Shown: positions 1 to 9,918, counted from the stretch's first letter. The stretch is 64,000 bases of DNA from an uncultured Dehalococcoidia bacterium (GCA_964653005.1 CAZZAN010000003.1:142592-206591), one strand, 5' to 3'. Program-made: numbers and translations. The notes: a model not told the origin generated them from the sequence alone.

Positions 1-14
1 CTACTCTTGCCGCC

Positions 15-656
15 CTACGCCCGGATTAGCGTGCCGAACGCGAAGACAAAGAATGTTGCAATGGCCAGCAGCCCGGCGCCAAGAGGCACCGTCAACATTG
101 TCAGGATGGCCTGCGTGCCGACAAATCGATTGGCCTCACGGATGGCGATGTACGTCAGGCGGACAGCGGCCAATGACGTCAGGAGGACTCCCAGCGTCAT
201 GACCCACGGTCGCGCGTCGGCTGCAACCAGCCACAGCAGCGCCGTCGGGACGAGCAGCCACAGCGACAAGGCAGCGTAGGTCATCGCCGAATGCTCTTCC
301 GCGATGCTCGCCTCGCCCTCGAACGCCTTGCCGATGACGTGCAGCAACAGCATGAAAAACAGGAACCCTGTGTACCCGCCCAAGACGAAACCCACCGCGC
401 CAATGGCCGCTCCCGTTACGCCCTCGTAGTCCGCAATCAGACCGCCGAGGCCGAACAACGCGCCCGCCACAAGCAGACCAACAAGCAGCAAGGCCGTCCC
501 ACGCCATATCGGCTGGTCGATGGCGATATCGCTGAACGAGTACGTCGGCGTGCGCACGATGCCGCGCAGATAGAACGTCACGGGCCGCTTGCGTTTCTGC
601 GGCCCCTGCACGCCCACGCTCTGGACATCTCCCCCCGCCGACGGATCAATGAACAT
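15..656 (-). CDS. Yip1-family integral membrane protein (paralog 1 of 3)
   Basis: ORF 15..659. Multi-pass hydrophobic protein. The N-terminal motif resembles the Yip1/DUF1282 pattern and the two downstream paralogs. First ATG is at 656 (659 is TTG). Confidence 0.55.
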   Translation of the reverse strand: MFIDPSAGGDVQSVGVQGPQKRKRPVTFYLRGIVRTPTYSFSDIAIDQPIWRGTALLLVGLLVAGALFGLGGLIADYEGVTGAAIGAVGFVLGGYTGFLFFMLLLHVIGKAFEGEASIAEEHSAMTYAALSLWLLVPTALLWLVAADARPWVMTLGVLLTSLAAVRLTYIAIREANRFVGTQAILTMLTVPLGAGLLAIATFFVFAFGTLIRA

Positions 657-705
657 CAATCCATACTACGCGGGTGGCAAGCCTCTCAACGAAACGCATC
701 AAAAC

Positions 706-1392
706 TTACGTTGATAGCAGAATATCGACAAAAACAAAAACAGCTATCAACGGTACGTTTAGCAATGTTCCCACCGGAACACCGACTGCCAGCCCACCGA
801 TTGCTATTATCGTTATTCGGCTCCAGCTTGCATGGTAGTTCTCTCGTATGACGATGATCAGCATTAAAATGAGCCACGCCAAAGTGCCAAGAATCAGCCA
901 TTCGTAGGCACTGTTCAGGGACAGAAGGTTCTGTCCAGAAACCACAAAGCTGTCTACTAGAAAGAGAAGCAGGCCTACCATCGCAGTGAATAGACCAACA
1001 ACGTTCGCCATTAGTAAGGTTGCCAACGTTCCGTCCAAGGTGCCCGCAGATCGCAGTAACTGTGCCATCACGTGAATGGCAACAGCTATGGCAATCGTAA
1101 GAATCACGAGAATTCCTGCCGAGATGGGCCCTAATACGAACACACCTTGAACAAAGTCTGAAATCGGCAGGTACAGCAGTCGATAAGAGACCAAGAGTCC
1201 TATCCATAGCACGGCTGCTGCACACGTGGTCAACAGACCCACGAGAAACTGCTCTCGCTCCACAATCTCCCGGATTGTCGGTGTGGGATGAATGATGAGA
1301 CCGATATACCAGCGGAACAGGGTTCGCAGCCAGAATTCGTTTGGGTCGTAGGTGATAGGGCCGCTTGGAGGCGCGGTATCAGGCTGGCTCAT
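706..1392 (-). CDS. Yip1-family integral membrane protein (paralog 2)
   Basis: 228 aa, ATG start. N-terminal 'FRWYIGLIIHPTPTIREIV' motif matches paralog 3's 'LSWYIGLIVRPIHTLQQIV', followed by five or more TM segments. Confidence 0.55.
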   Translation of the reverse strand: MSQPDTAPPSGPITYDPNEFWLRTLFRWYIGLIIHPTPTIREIVEREQFLVGLLTTCAAAVLWIGLLVSYRLLYLPISDFVQGVFVLGPISAGILVILTIAIAVAIHVMAQLLRSAGTLDGTLATLLMANVVGLFTAMVGLLLFLVDSFVVSGQNLLSLNSAYEWLILGTLAWLILMLIIVIRENYHASWSRITIIAIGGLAVGVPVGTLLNVPLIAVFVFVDILLST

Positions 1393-1527
1393 TGCATCGC
1401 TCTCTTAGTCGAGTAGTTTACTCGCAAATGGATTCGGCACGTTCGGCGACATGAAATGGTGTGGGCGGCGCTGTCGCGCCGCCCACGAATCTCGTTCCGT
1501 GCGGCAATATGCCGCTTATCAAACGTG

Positions 1528-2181
1528 CTAACCCGCGGCGATTCCCAGCCCCACGACAATCACGAACAGGACGATGATCAGCAGGATGAACAGGATTACA
1601 CCAACGACGATTGCGGCGAAGAATGACGCGATGCCGCTCAAAACGGCCATCCCCGTGCTCAGCCCATAATTTTCGCGGATGAGGAGAATAGCCAGCACGA
1701 TCGACCAGATAGCCACGACAAGGCTGACGATGACGCTTATCGCCTCAAACGGGGACGTTTCTCCCTCCGCCGCCTCTCCAATTCCGCTAGCCAATGCATC
1801 AAGCAGACCCGGAATCACCGGAATCAGGCTCAGGACAGAGAGCATCATCAGACCGGCCAGCATCCCTGTGTATGCCCCGTCACCGCCGAATAGTCTCGAG
1901 ATGAGATGCACGATCAGGGAGAAAAAGCCCAGGTTCACCGCGACGTAAGCGACGAACAGGAGGGTTCCGATGACGACGAATCCAATGCCAACGTTGATTT
2001 CCTCATCGGCGAATTCTTCAAATGTCGTTGTGTCAATCCCCAGGCCGAATGACACAACTCCGTTGGCAATAGCCACAATCAGCAGCGTCAACAGGCCCAG
2101 CCCTACCGGCTTCGCGTCCACAATCTGCTGGAGTGTGTGAATCGGCCGTACTATCAGACCGATATACCAGCTCAATAGCAT
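1528..2181 (-). CDS. Yip1-family integral membrane protein (paralog 3)
   Basis: ORF 1528..2208 (TTG). The ATG at 2181 is preferred because GGAGG lies 9 nt upstream. Same motif and TM layout as paralogs 1 and 2. Confidence 0.55.
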   Translation of the reverse strand: MLLSWYIGLIVRPIHTLQQIVDAKPVGLGLLTLLIVAIANGVVSFGLGIDTTTFEEFADEEINVGIGFVVIGTLLFVAYVAVNLGFFSLIVHLISRLFGGDGAYTGMLAGLMMLSVLSLIPVIPGLLDALASGIGEAAEGETSPFEAISVIVSLVVAIWSIVLAILLIRENYGLSTGMAVLSGIASFFAAIVVGVILFILLIIVLFVIVVGLGIAAG

Positions 2182-2333
2182 CTCTTCGCCTCCTGCCCGT
2201 CCGGGCAATTCTCCCGCGCTGTATCACTATCTGTGGCCTTAGGCCAACGGCCATCAATGCCACTCGTTAATTCTACGGCACAACGCAACATAACATCGCC
2301 CGCCAACCCCATCCCGTGCGCTACAATGAGGCC

Positions 2334-3236
2334 ATGATGGACGCGTTGATTGAAACCCAACTCGACTTCCCCATGATCCATCGCGGCAAGGTCCGCGATA
2401 CGTATGACCTGGGCGACGACACGCTGTTGCTCGTCGCCACAGATCGGGTCTCAGCGTTTGATGTTGTACTGCCGACGGGTGTCCCTGGGCGCGGCATCGT
2501 TCTTTCCGAGATTTCCGCGTTCTGGTTCCGCCGCTCCGGCTATGAGTTTCCCAACCACTTCATCGGCATGGCGTACGAGCCGGAGGTCGCCAATCAATAC
2601 AAACTTGGCGATCTGGATGAGGCGGTTGCTCGCCGCGCGATGGTCGTAAAAAAGGCCGAGCGCATCGACATCGAGTGCGTGGTCCGCGGGTACATCACCG
2701 GCTCCGCGTGGGCGGAGTACCAGAAGTCCAGCACGGTTCAGGGCTATGAGCTGCCCGCGGACATGGTCAATTCGCAAGCCTTTGAGTCGGCCCTTTTCAC
2801 GCCGACCACCAAGGAGGAGACAGGACACGATCTCCCGTTGACGGTGGACGAGTTGTGGAAGCAGGTGGGCGGCAACATCGCCTGGCCGCTTGAAGAGCAC
2901 AGCCTCGCGCTCTATCGGATGGCGTCCGAGTATGCCAGGGCGATGGGCGTGATTCTCGCGGATACCAAGTTTGAGTTCGGTATCATCGACGGCAAGATCT
3001 CAGTGATCGATGAACTGTTGACCCCGGACTCGTCTCGCTATTGGGACGCCAATATCTATGAGGCCGGCAAGTCACAACCGAGCTTTGACAAGCAGATTAT
3101 CCGCGATTGGCTGACGGAATCTGGTTGGGATCGCGAGCCGCCGGCGCCGGAACTGCCGGACGACATCGTACAGCAGACAATCGACAAGTACCGCGATGTT
3201 TACCAGCGGCTGACGCAAAAGGAACTCACGCTGTGA
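2334..3236 (+). CDS. purC: phosphoribosylaminoimidazole-succinocarboxamide synthase (SAICAR synthetase, long form)
   Basis: HRGKVRDTYD and DRVSAFD motifs. About 300 aa, as in long-form PurC. The track start at 2316 is GTG; the first ATG pair is at 2334. Confidence 0.9.
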   Translation: MMDALIETQLDFPMIHRGKVRDTYDLGDDTLLLVATDRVSAFDVVLPTGVPGRGIVLSEISAFWFRRSGYEFPNHFIGMAYEPEVANQYKLGDLDEAVARRAMVVKKAERIDIECVVRGYITGSAWAEYQKSSTVQGYELPADMVNSQAFESALFTPTTKEETGHDLPLTVDELWKQVGGNIAWPLEEHSLALYRMASEYARAMGVILADTKFEFGIIDGKISVIDELLTPDSSRYWDANIYEAGKSQPSFDKQIIRDWLTESGWDREPPAPELPDDIVQQTIDKYRDVYQRLTQKELTL

Positions 3237-3478
3237 GCATTGGGCGGGTTGTTGGAGGCGCGCTTATTGCGGTCGCGGCGGCGATCATGCTCTACACCAT
3301 CGTTGGCGCGGTTAACACCGTGTGGGGCGTGGCGCAATTCGATGAAATGCCGATCACTGTCAAGCTCTTCCTGCCAGTGATATTCGTGACGCTTGCCGGA
3401 ACGCTTGGGGTGATGGCCGTTCAGCGCGTTCGCAGCCGCAGGCATTCGGACGCTGCAGACAGTTCCGCGCAGAACTGA
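3233..3478 (+). CDS. small hydrophobic (2-TM) protein, hypothetical
   Basis: In-frame GTG overlaps the purC stop (GTGA). The ~81-aa product 'VSIGRVVGGALIAVAAAIMLYTIVGAV..' has two predicted TM helices. It sits between purC and purS. Weak call. Confidence 0.3.
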   Translation: MSIGRVVGGALIAVAAAIMLYTIVGAVNTVWGVAQFDEMPITVKLFLPVIFVTLAGTLGVMAVQRVRSRRHSDAADSSAQN

Positions 3479-3506
3479 GCTTGCAGACGCATCGATCACG
3501 CGCGGA

Positions 3507-3767
3507 ATGCCGAACTATCTAGCTCGCATCTATGTGACGCCCAAGCCGGGCGTCGTCGACCCACAGGGACTATCAATCCTGGGCGGTCTGAAGAATCTGG
3601 GATACGACTCCGTCTCGGCCGTGCGGGCCGGTCGTTACCTTGAGGTGCAGCTTGGGGAGGCCCCGTCATATGAGGCGGCCGAGTCAAGAACGACGGAAAT
3701 GTGCCGGCAACTGCTTGCGAACCCCGTGATTGAGGATTACCGGTTCGAGGTAGTAGAAGCACCATAA
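3507..3767 (+). CDS. purS: phosphoribosylformylglycinamidine synthase subunit PurS
   Basis: 86 aa. 'ARIYVTPKPGVVDPQG...LGY' is typical of PurS. Confidence 0.85.
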   Translation: MPNYLARIYVTPKPGVVDPQGLSILGGLKNLGYDSVSAVRAGRYLEVQLGEAPSYEAAESRTTEMCRQLLANPVIEDYRFEVVEAP

Positions 3768-3784
3768 GAGCGCGGCGCATTGAG

Positions 3785-3830
3785 ATTCAGATTCCCGCTT
3801 TCGCGGGAATGACGGGATGGCGGGGGAATG
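3785..3830. repeat. intergenic hairpin repeat (GATTCAGATTCCCGCTTTCGCGGGAATGACGG + G-rich tail), family member
   Basis: Perfect 8-bp stem ATTCCCGC/GCGGGAAT with a TTTC loop at 3791..3810. The same motif recurs at 30673, 34293 and 34381, and in degenerate reverse-complement form at 27581. Confidence 0.7.
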
Positions 3831-3847
3831 AGGGGTGTGTAACGCAG

Positions 3848-4465
3848 TTACCCGGTCAGCGTGCCCTTAGTGGAGGGCGCGATGCCCGTAAACCGCTCAT
3901 CACGACGTGTGGCGGTATCCAGTGCTTTGGCCAGCGCCTTGAACGTTGCTTCAGCGATGTGGTGGTCATTGACTCCGGCGTGCTGGACAACATGCAGGTT
4001 GATGCGCCCTTCCCGCGCGATGGACTCCAGCACGTGGGCGACCAGCTCCGTGCGCAGATCACCCATTATCCCCGTGCTGAACTGGAGGCCGATGGCCGCA
4101 TAACCGCGCCCGCCCAGATCCACTACCGACGTCATCAGTGCGTCATCCAGCGGGACCGTCTCATGAGCCATGCGGCGAATGCCGGTGCGGTCTCCCAGGG
4201 CCTCGCCAAGCGCCCGCCCAATCACGATGCCCGTGTCCTCCGCCGTGTGATGACCATCAGGGTCGTTCAGGCCTTCGGCACGCACCGTAAGATCAAACCC
4301 ACTGTGCCGCCCAAGTTGGTCTATCAGATGGTTGAGCATCAGTGAGCCGGTGCTCACATCGTGTTGCGCGCGTCCGTCAAGGTTGATTGATACCTCGACA
4401 ATCGTTTCCCGTGTCTCACGCCTAAGGGTGGCCTGACGGGGCGCAGCCGTTCCCTCCCCTGTCAC
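3848..4465 (-). CDS. hisB: imidazoleglycerol-phosphate dehydratase
   Basis: 205 aa with an HisB-like domain. 4-nt overlap with upstream hisC. Confidence 0.9.
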   Translation of the reverse strand: MTGEGTAAPRQATLRRETRETIVEVSINLDGRAQHDVSTGSLMLNHLIDQLGRHSGFDLTVRAEGLNDPDGHHTAEDTGIVIGRALGEALGDRTGIRRMAHETVPLDDALMTSVVDLGGRGYAAIGLQFSTGIMGDLRTELVAHVLESIAREGRINLHVVQHAGVNDHHIAEATFKALAKALDTATRRDERFTGIAPSTKGTLTG

Positions 4466-5583
4466 TTCTGAGCCTCCATTTCCTCGCGCATGGCTTCAAG
4501 CAGCCGCTCATGATCTCGCGGCCGGCCGACAGATATACGGATACAGTCGCGCAGTTCAGGCGTATTGAAATGCCGCAGGGCGATACCACGCTTCAGCAAT
4601 GAGGCGTGCAGCTTCTTGGCGTCATGTTCCAAGAACCGCACAAGCAGGAAATTGGCATCTGAAGGGAAGACACGAACGCTTGGCAGTGAACGGAGGCCCT
4701 CTTCCAACACGGCGCGCTCTTGCACGATGAGGTTCACCGAGGCCAAAGCGTTATCCAAGTCTTCGATGGCGGCGATGGCCGCCGCCTGCGCCAATGTGTT
4801 GACGTTATACGGCGGCTTGACCGTCATGAGGATGCCGGCCAGGTCAGCGGGGAAGATACCATAGCCGACGCGCAGCCCCGCCAGCCCGGCCCACTTGCTG
4901 AATGTTCGCAAGAAGATAACGTTGGGGTACTCATCCACCAGGTGCATGAGTGACTTTCCGGAAAATTCTGCGTACGCCTCATCAACAATCGTGAGGACTT
5001 CAGTCTCCGCGACGGCGCGAATCTCTTCCTCCGTCACGCTGTTGCCGGTCGGGTTGTTCGGCGTCGAGAAAAACACAATCGATGCGTCGCGCGCCGCGTC
5101 CACGAGAGCGGACAGGTCAATGGAGAAATCATCCTGGCTGCGCGGCACACCAACAAAGCGGGCGCCGGCAAGATCGGTCTCGACTGCGTACATGCCAAAG
5201 GTCGGCGTCGCAGCGACGATAGTGGCATCCGGCCCCACGAATAGGCGAGCCAGCAAGGCAATGAGCTCGTCGCTGCCGGACCCCGCAACGATGCGCTCGG
5301 CATCGAAACCTGTGTACTCCGCAAGGCGGGCTCGCAGCGCAGCATGGTCCGGATCCGGGTAGATGTTGGCGGCGTCGAAAGATTCTATGAGCGCCTGAAC
5401 ACGAGGAGGCGGGCCGTAGGGATTCTCATTTGCGTTCAGCCGAACGATTCCCTCTTCACCTGCATCGCTCTCCGCTTGAAGACGCTCCGGCGGCGCGACA
5501 GGCTCATACGGTTTCATGTCCCGGTAGCGGGGCACGAGTCGGTCAAGAAGCGGAACAGATAGGCGCGTGCGCTGTGCTGTCAT
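4462..5583 (-). CDS. hisC: histidinol-phosphate aminotransferase
   Basis: 373 aa class-II aminotransferase with the 'NANENPYGPPP' motif. PLP-lysine region present. Confidence 0.9.
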   Translation of the reverse strand: MTAQRTRLSVPLLDRLVPRYRDMKPYEPVAPPERLQAESDAGEEGIVRLNANENPYGPPPRVQALIESFDAANIYPDPDHAALRARLAEYTGFDAERIVAGSGSDELIALLARLFVGPDATIVAATPTFGMYAVETDLAGARFVGVPRSQDDFSIDLSALVDAARDASIVFFSTPNNPTGNSVTEEEIRAVAETEVLTIVDEAYAEFSGKSLMHLVDEYPNVIFLRTFSKWAGLAGLRVGYGIFPADLAGILMTVKPPYNVNTLAQAAAIAAIEDLDNALASVNLIVQERAVLEEGLRSLPSVRVFPSDANFLLVRFLEHDAKKLHASLLKRGIALRHFNTPELRDCIRISVGRPRDHERLLEAMREEMEAQK

Positions 5584-5607
5584 AGCGTCTCTATTATTGC
5601 ATGCGAC

Positions 5608-6285
5608 TTATTCGTCGACAGAAACCGCGGTGATGCTCGCAGCCTCCAATACATCTTGCTCAGGACCAGGGACAACGGCGACTGTGACCCGATCACCGAT
5701 GTCGAGATCATCAATCTCACCCGACTGGGTGACGGTGATTCGGGTTCCGGCAATCGTCGAGATGCGCTGCAATCCCGTTGGTGTCATCAAGGCAATCGTG
5801 TTCCCGTCTATGGACTCAATTGTTCCGTTCATGCGCGTCCCGATTTCCTCGCTACCCGCATCGCCCGTTCCAACCGCAAAACCTGCGCGATTTTGCCGGA
5901 AACCCTGCTGAGCGGCGCCCTGGAACTGCGCAAATTGCGCGCGGATAGCCGCAATATCTTCATCCGATGCGCCTTCAGCCCGCATCCGCTCAATGGCGGC
6001 GGGAGGGATCTCGCCGTCGCCCGGCCCAAACGTCACAACCTCCGGATCGATCTCGTCGTCTATCTCCGGGGCATCCAGCGGCTCCTCCGCCGTGATAGCC
6101 AACGGCGGAACGTCTTCCAAATCCTCCGTTTGCGATTGTCCCACCTGCACGCCGATCCCGAACGCTCCGCCGATGCTCAGTCCGACTACCAACACGAGCA
6201 CGGCGATTCCCGCGAATACGCGTACGCCCAGCCCGCCGGAGTGCTCTTCTTCATTCGATTCGATCGGTTGATTGTCCATTGCCAT
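5608..6285 (-). CDS. membrane-anchored exported protein, hypothetical (acidic linker + C-terminal beta-rich domain)
   Basis: 225 aa. N-terminal TM anchor, Asp/Glu-rich linker and a C-terminal domain. No confident family. It sits between the efflux permease and hisC in the same orientation. Confidence 0.45.
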   Translation of the reverse strand: MAMDNQPIESNEEEHSGGLGVRVFAGIAVLVLVVGLSIGGAFGIGVQVGQSQTEDLEDVPPLAITAEEPLDAPEIDDEIDPEVVTFGPGDGEIPPAAIERMRAEGASDEDIAAIRAQFAQFQGAAQQGFRQNRAGFAVGTGDAGSEEIGTRMNGTIESIDGNTIALMTPTGLQRISTIAGTRITVTQSGEIDDLDIGDRVTVAVVPGPEQDVLEAASITAVSVDE

Positions 6286-6293
6286 GTCGTCTC

Positions 6294-7511
6294 CTATTCA
6301 TAACGCAAGGCATCAATCGGATGCAGGGCTGCGGCCCGCATCGCCGGATAGATGCCGAAAACGAGCCCTATTAGCATTGAAACGGCTAAGGCCAGGACGG
6401 TGATATCTGTACTGACAACCGTGCGGATATCCTCTTCAGCCAGCAGTGTGATATTCATTCCCTGCGCGACGAGCATTCCCAAAAGAACGCCGATGATTCC
6501 GCCGCCCAGGCTCAGCAGCACGGCCTCCAAGACGAACTGCGAAAGGATATCCCAGCGCCGGGCTCCCACTGCCTTGCGGATGCCGATTTCTCTTGTCCGC
6601 TCCGTGACGGAGACCAGCATGATGTTCATGATGCCGATCCCGCCAACAATGAGGGAGATGCCCGCAATCGAACCCAAGAAGAGCACAAAGGCTTGCGTGG
6701 TTTCCTGGAATGCTTCCAGCGCCTGTTGCTGATTCCGTATTTCAAAGTCATCCTCTTCGGTCACCCTATGGCGCAGACGTAAAATCCGGCTAACTTCACC
6801 CTCAGCTCGTTCCATGTTGTCGGCGTCGCCGACCAGTACGCTGATGGTATCGACGCCTACAGCGCCCTCAACGGTCCGATCCGCGCTGATGCGGCGATAG
6901 GCAGTTGTGATTGGAATGAGGACGCGGTTGTCTTCAAAACCAAACGCCCCTCCTCCCCTGCTCTCCAGCACGCCGATAACGGTCATCTGGCGACCATTGA
7001 TGGTGATGCTCTGCCCAATCGGATTACGCCCCAAGAAGAGGTCCACCGCAGCCTGCGAGCCGAGGACTGCCACGTCGGACGCGGCAGAAACATGAGGAAT
7101 GCTAATGAAGCTCCCGGCAGCCACCTTGAAATCTCGCACATCCAGGTACTCCGGCGTCACGCCCGTTATCTCGCCGGAAAGGCTGCGCGCTCCAAAGTCA
7201 TCAATCGTAATCACATCGCCAAATGAGTTAATCTCCGGAGCAACCTGGTCAACCGAGGGGGCGAGCAGCGGATCCACAAGCGCGTACGCGTCATCCAGCG
7301 TCAGTGATCCCCCGGACGGACTGACGAAGAGGATGTTGGTGCCCAATTCCTGGATGAACGACGTCACAGACTCCTGCACACCGCGCCCGATGGACATGAG
7401 CGAAATCACCGCCGCCACGCCGATCACGATGCCGAGCAGCGTGAGCAGGCTTCGAAGCTTGTTGCTGCTGACCGACTGTAAGGCGGAGAGGAGCGTGCGC
7501 TGCGGACTCAC
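6294..7511 (-). CDS. ABC transporter permease, FtsX/MacB family
   Basis: 405 aa. N-terminal TM, large extracytoplasmic domain and a C-terminal FtsX 3-TM bundle. 4-nt overlap with the ATPase gene. Confidence 0.85.
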   Translation of the reverse strand: MSPQRTLLSALQSVSSNKLRSLLTLLGIVIGVAAVISLMSIGRGVQESVTSFIQELGTNILFVSPSGGSLTLDDAYALVDPLLAPSVDQVAPEINSFGDVITIDDFGARSLSGEITGVTPEYLDVRDFKVAAGSFISIPHVSAASDVAVLGSQAAVDLFLGRNPIGQSITINGRQMTVIGVLESRGGGAFGFEDNRVLIPITTAYRRISADRTVEGAVGVDTISVLVGDADNMERAEGEVSRILRLRHRVTEEDDFEIRNQQQALEAFQETTQAFVLFLGSIAGISLIVGGIGIMNIMLVSVTERTREIGIRKAVGARRWDILSQFVLEAVLLSLGGGIIGVLLGMLVAQGMNITLLAEEDIRTVVSTDITVLALAVSMLIGLVFGIYPAMRAAALHPIDALRYE

Positions 7512-8188
7512 TCTGCCCCCGCTTTCTCGTCACTGACCACTTCGCCGTCCCGCATCAGGATTCTTCGCTGAGCGAAACGCGCGATTTCCTCCTCATGGGT
7601 GACGATGATGACTGTAATCCCGGATGTCCGATTGAGATCTTTGAGCAGTTCGATAATCTCCAGGCTGGAGTGGGAATCCAGGTTGCCCGTTGGCTCGTCG
7701 GCAAGCAGGATGGACGGCTCATTGACCAGCGCCCGCGCGATGGCCACCCTCTGCTGCTGGCCTCCAGACATCTCCGTCGGACGATGCCTCGTCCTCTCTG
7801 CAAGTCCGACCAGCCCCAGCGCTTCCCGCGCCAAACGCGCGCTGCCGCCCTTCCGCGCATACAACAGCGGCAATTCAACATTCGACTCCGCTGTGAGGCG
7901 TGGCAACAGGTTGTAGCTCTGAAACACAAACCCGATCTTGCGGTTCCGAATCGACGCCAGTCGCGAATCAGACAGCCGGCCAATGCTGACGCCGTCAAGC
8001 GAATACTGGCCGGACGTGGGAATGTCAAGGCAGCCAAGAATGTTCATCAAGGTCGATTTGCCGGAGCCCGAGGCCCCCATGATGGCGACCATTTCGCCAT
8101 CATTGACGGTCAGATTGACACCACGCAGGGCGCCAATCTCGACCTCACCCATCCGATAGGTCTTGGTGACGTTGACCAGTTCAATCAC
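7508..8188 (-). CDS. ABC transporter ATP-binding protein (MacB/LolD-type)
   Basis: Walker A GASGSGKST, signature LSGGQQQRV, Walker B LLADEPTGNLD. Confidence 0.9.
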   Translation of the reverse strand: MIELVNVTKTYRMGEVEIGALRGVNLTVNDGEMVAIMGASGSGKSTLMNILGCLDIPTSGQYSLDGVSIGRLSDSRLASIRNRKIGFVFQSYNLLPRLTAESNVELPLLYARKGGSARLAREALGLVGLAERTRHRPTEMSGGQQQRVAIARALVNEPSILLADEPTGNLDSHSSLEIIELLKDLNRTSGITVIIVTHEEEIARFAQRRILMRDGEVVSDEKAGAE

Positions 8189-8223
8189 ATCGCCGCTCCG
8201 GCCTGCCTGCCGCTCAAACGCTG

Positions 8224-9918
8224 CTAGTTGACCGCCCGGACAGTTCGGGTTGTCTGACGCTGGAATCCCGGACCGCCCCCGAACACGCCAAATTCATCTG
8301 CTTCGGACACGTGCATGATGACCTCTTCGCCTTCACTCACGCCGCTCTCGACAACAACCCAGAAACCGTCGTTGTCCCCGAGCGTCACCGAGCGCGACGC
8401 TGTCTCACCATCCGACATGACACGGAGGATTGGCTCCTGGAACGTGCCGTAAATCGATTGCACGGGAACCAGCAAGACGTTGAACTCTTCCTCCACGGCC
8501 ATGCGGGCGTTCGCGTTCATACCCTCCCGCAGGTCAACACCCGGCGGGACATCAATGCGTACTAACACCGTGAAGACCGCAATGCCCTGTTGAAGCTGAG
8601 CCGCAGACGAAATCGAAGATATTGAGCCGGTGAATACCTGCCCGGGCATTGCGTCCAGGGTGATTTCGGCCGGATCCCCGTAACTGATTCGCAGAACGTC
8701 GGTCTCATCCACCTGCCCTGAAAGCTCCACGATTGACGTGTCAATGATCTCAACCGCAACCCGCGATTCCACGTCAAGCTCTTCGCCCGGAACCGCATTG
8801 AGGACGGCGACAATGCCGTCGATTGGCGCCCGGACGGTCGCTTCCTCACGCTTTTGCAGCGCGTCCTGCAGCGCAACCTGCGCGGTCGCAAGTTCAGCCT
8901 CTTTAAGTTGATAAGCGTATCCCTCGTCCCCTTCGCTCGCGTCACGCACGGCGAGCAACGCCTGATTGTGCTTCTCTCGCGCCACGTCGAGCTTGGTCTG
9001 CGCTTCTCTTATCGCGGTATCCCTAGCCGTAACCGCGTCACCGAACACGTCGCGAGCCGTCGTCAGCGCATCCCAAGCGTCATCAAACCCCTTTTGAAGG
9101 CAGTGCCCGTTGAGGGGATGAGAGTCAGTGCTCTCACACGTAGCGACAATCTCACCCGGGTAGAAATTGACGATGCCGTAGACGACGGTTTCAGACCACC
9201 TGGTGGCCGGATCGTCTGGCGGAGCGCCGCGGGAATAGATACCCCTCGCGCTGTCGGCGCCAACAGTCTCGATGAGCAGTTCCTCCAGGTCGGCTCCCCA
9301 TCTCGTCAGCAAGTCGTTTGGAGGCAGGGCTAATTCATGCTGTTCGAGCGTGACTCCCAGCCACGCCATGAAGGTGTCCTCATACTCTTTCTGCCGTTCA
9401 TCAACATCATCCTGGGCCGTCTCGATTTTCTCCCGGTGTTCCGTACGGAGATCCTCCAGTGCCCGCTCCGCGTCCGCGACGTCATCCTCTGCAGCAACCA
9501 AATCCGCTTGCGCATCCGGAAGCAGATTCGCAAGAGCATCCTGCGCGTCACGCAGCGCAATCTGCGCCTTCGCGACTTCCATGTCATGCTCCACGACGGT
9601 TGCGTCATCCAACGTGAAGAGGGCCTGGCCTTCTATAACAGCTTGCCCCTCTTCAACCAATACATCCTTGACGATGGAGCCAACGCCCAGGCGTATGGAT
9701 TCCCGATGAGGCAGCGTAAGCGTGCCGCCTGTCTGTACCTGGTTGATCAGATCCCCGCGCGTCACCGCCACAAGCTGCTCATTCTCCGTGAGGCCGCCGG
9801 CGGCTTGATCGCCTGACAACTGTGCAGTGATGACGTATGCGCCGCCGCCGAAACCAACAATCATTACGCCGATGATTACAATGATCTGCCACAGCTGCAG
9901 ACGCTTGATCGTCGCCAT
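8224..9918 (-). CDS. HlyD-family periplasmic adaptor (efflux membrane-fusion protein)
   Basis: 564 aa. N-terminal TM, a very long coiled-coil-like acidic middle region, C-terminal beta-barrel/lipoyl-like domains. First gene of the efflux operon. Confidence 0.75.
   Translation of the reverse strand: MATIKRLQLWQIIVIIGVMIVGFGGGAYVITAQLSGDQAAGGLTENEQLVAVTRGDLINQVQTGGTLTLPHRESIRLGVGSIVKDVLVEEGQAVIEGQALFTLDDATVVEHDMEVAKAQIALRDAQDALANLLPDAQADLVAAEDDVADAERALEDLRTEHREKIETAQDDVDERQKEYEDTFMAWLGVTLEQHELALPPNDLLTRWGADLEELLIETVGADSARGIYSRGAPPDDPATRWSETVVYGIVNFYPGEIVATCESTDSHPLNGHCLQKGFDDAWDALTTARDVFGDAVTARDTAIREAQTKLDVAREKHNQALLAVRDASEGDEGYAYQLKEAELATAQVALQDALQKREEATVRAPIDGIVAVLNAVPGEELDVESRVAVEIIDTSIVELSGQVDETDVLRISYGDPAEITLDAMPGQVFTGSISSISSAAQLQQGIAVFTVLVRIDVPPGVDLREGMNANARMAVEEEFNVLLVPVQSIYGTFQEPILRVMSDGETASRSVTLGDNDGFWVVVESGVSEGEEVIMHVSEADEFGVFGGGPGFQRQTTRTVRAVN

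Noticed and set aside
136-851. Long antisense or overlapping ORFs such as 136..507(-), 291..851(+), 3809..4345(+), 31931..32539(+), 13086..13877(+), 59762..60115(+)
   Set aside because: These are typical high-GC shadow ORFs inside strongly supported genes on the other strand or frame. Their translations are Arg/Pro/Ala-rich low-complexity with no domain resemblance.
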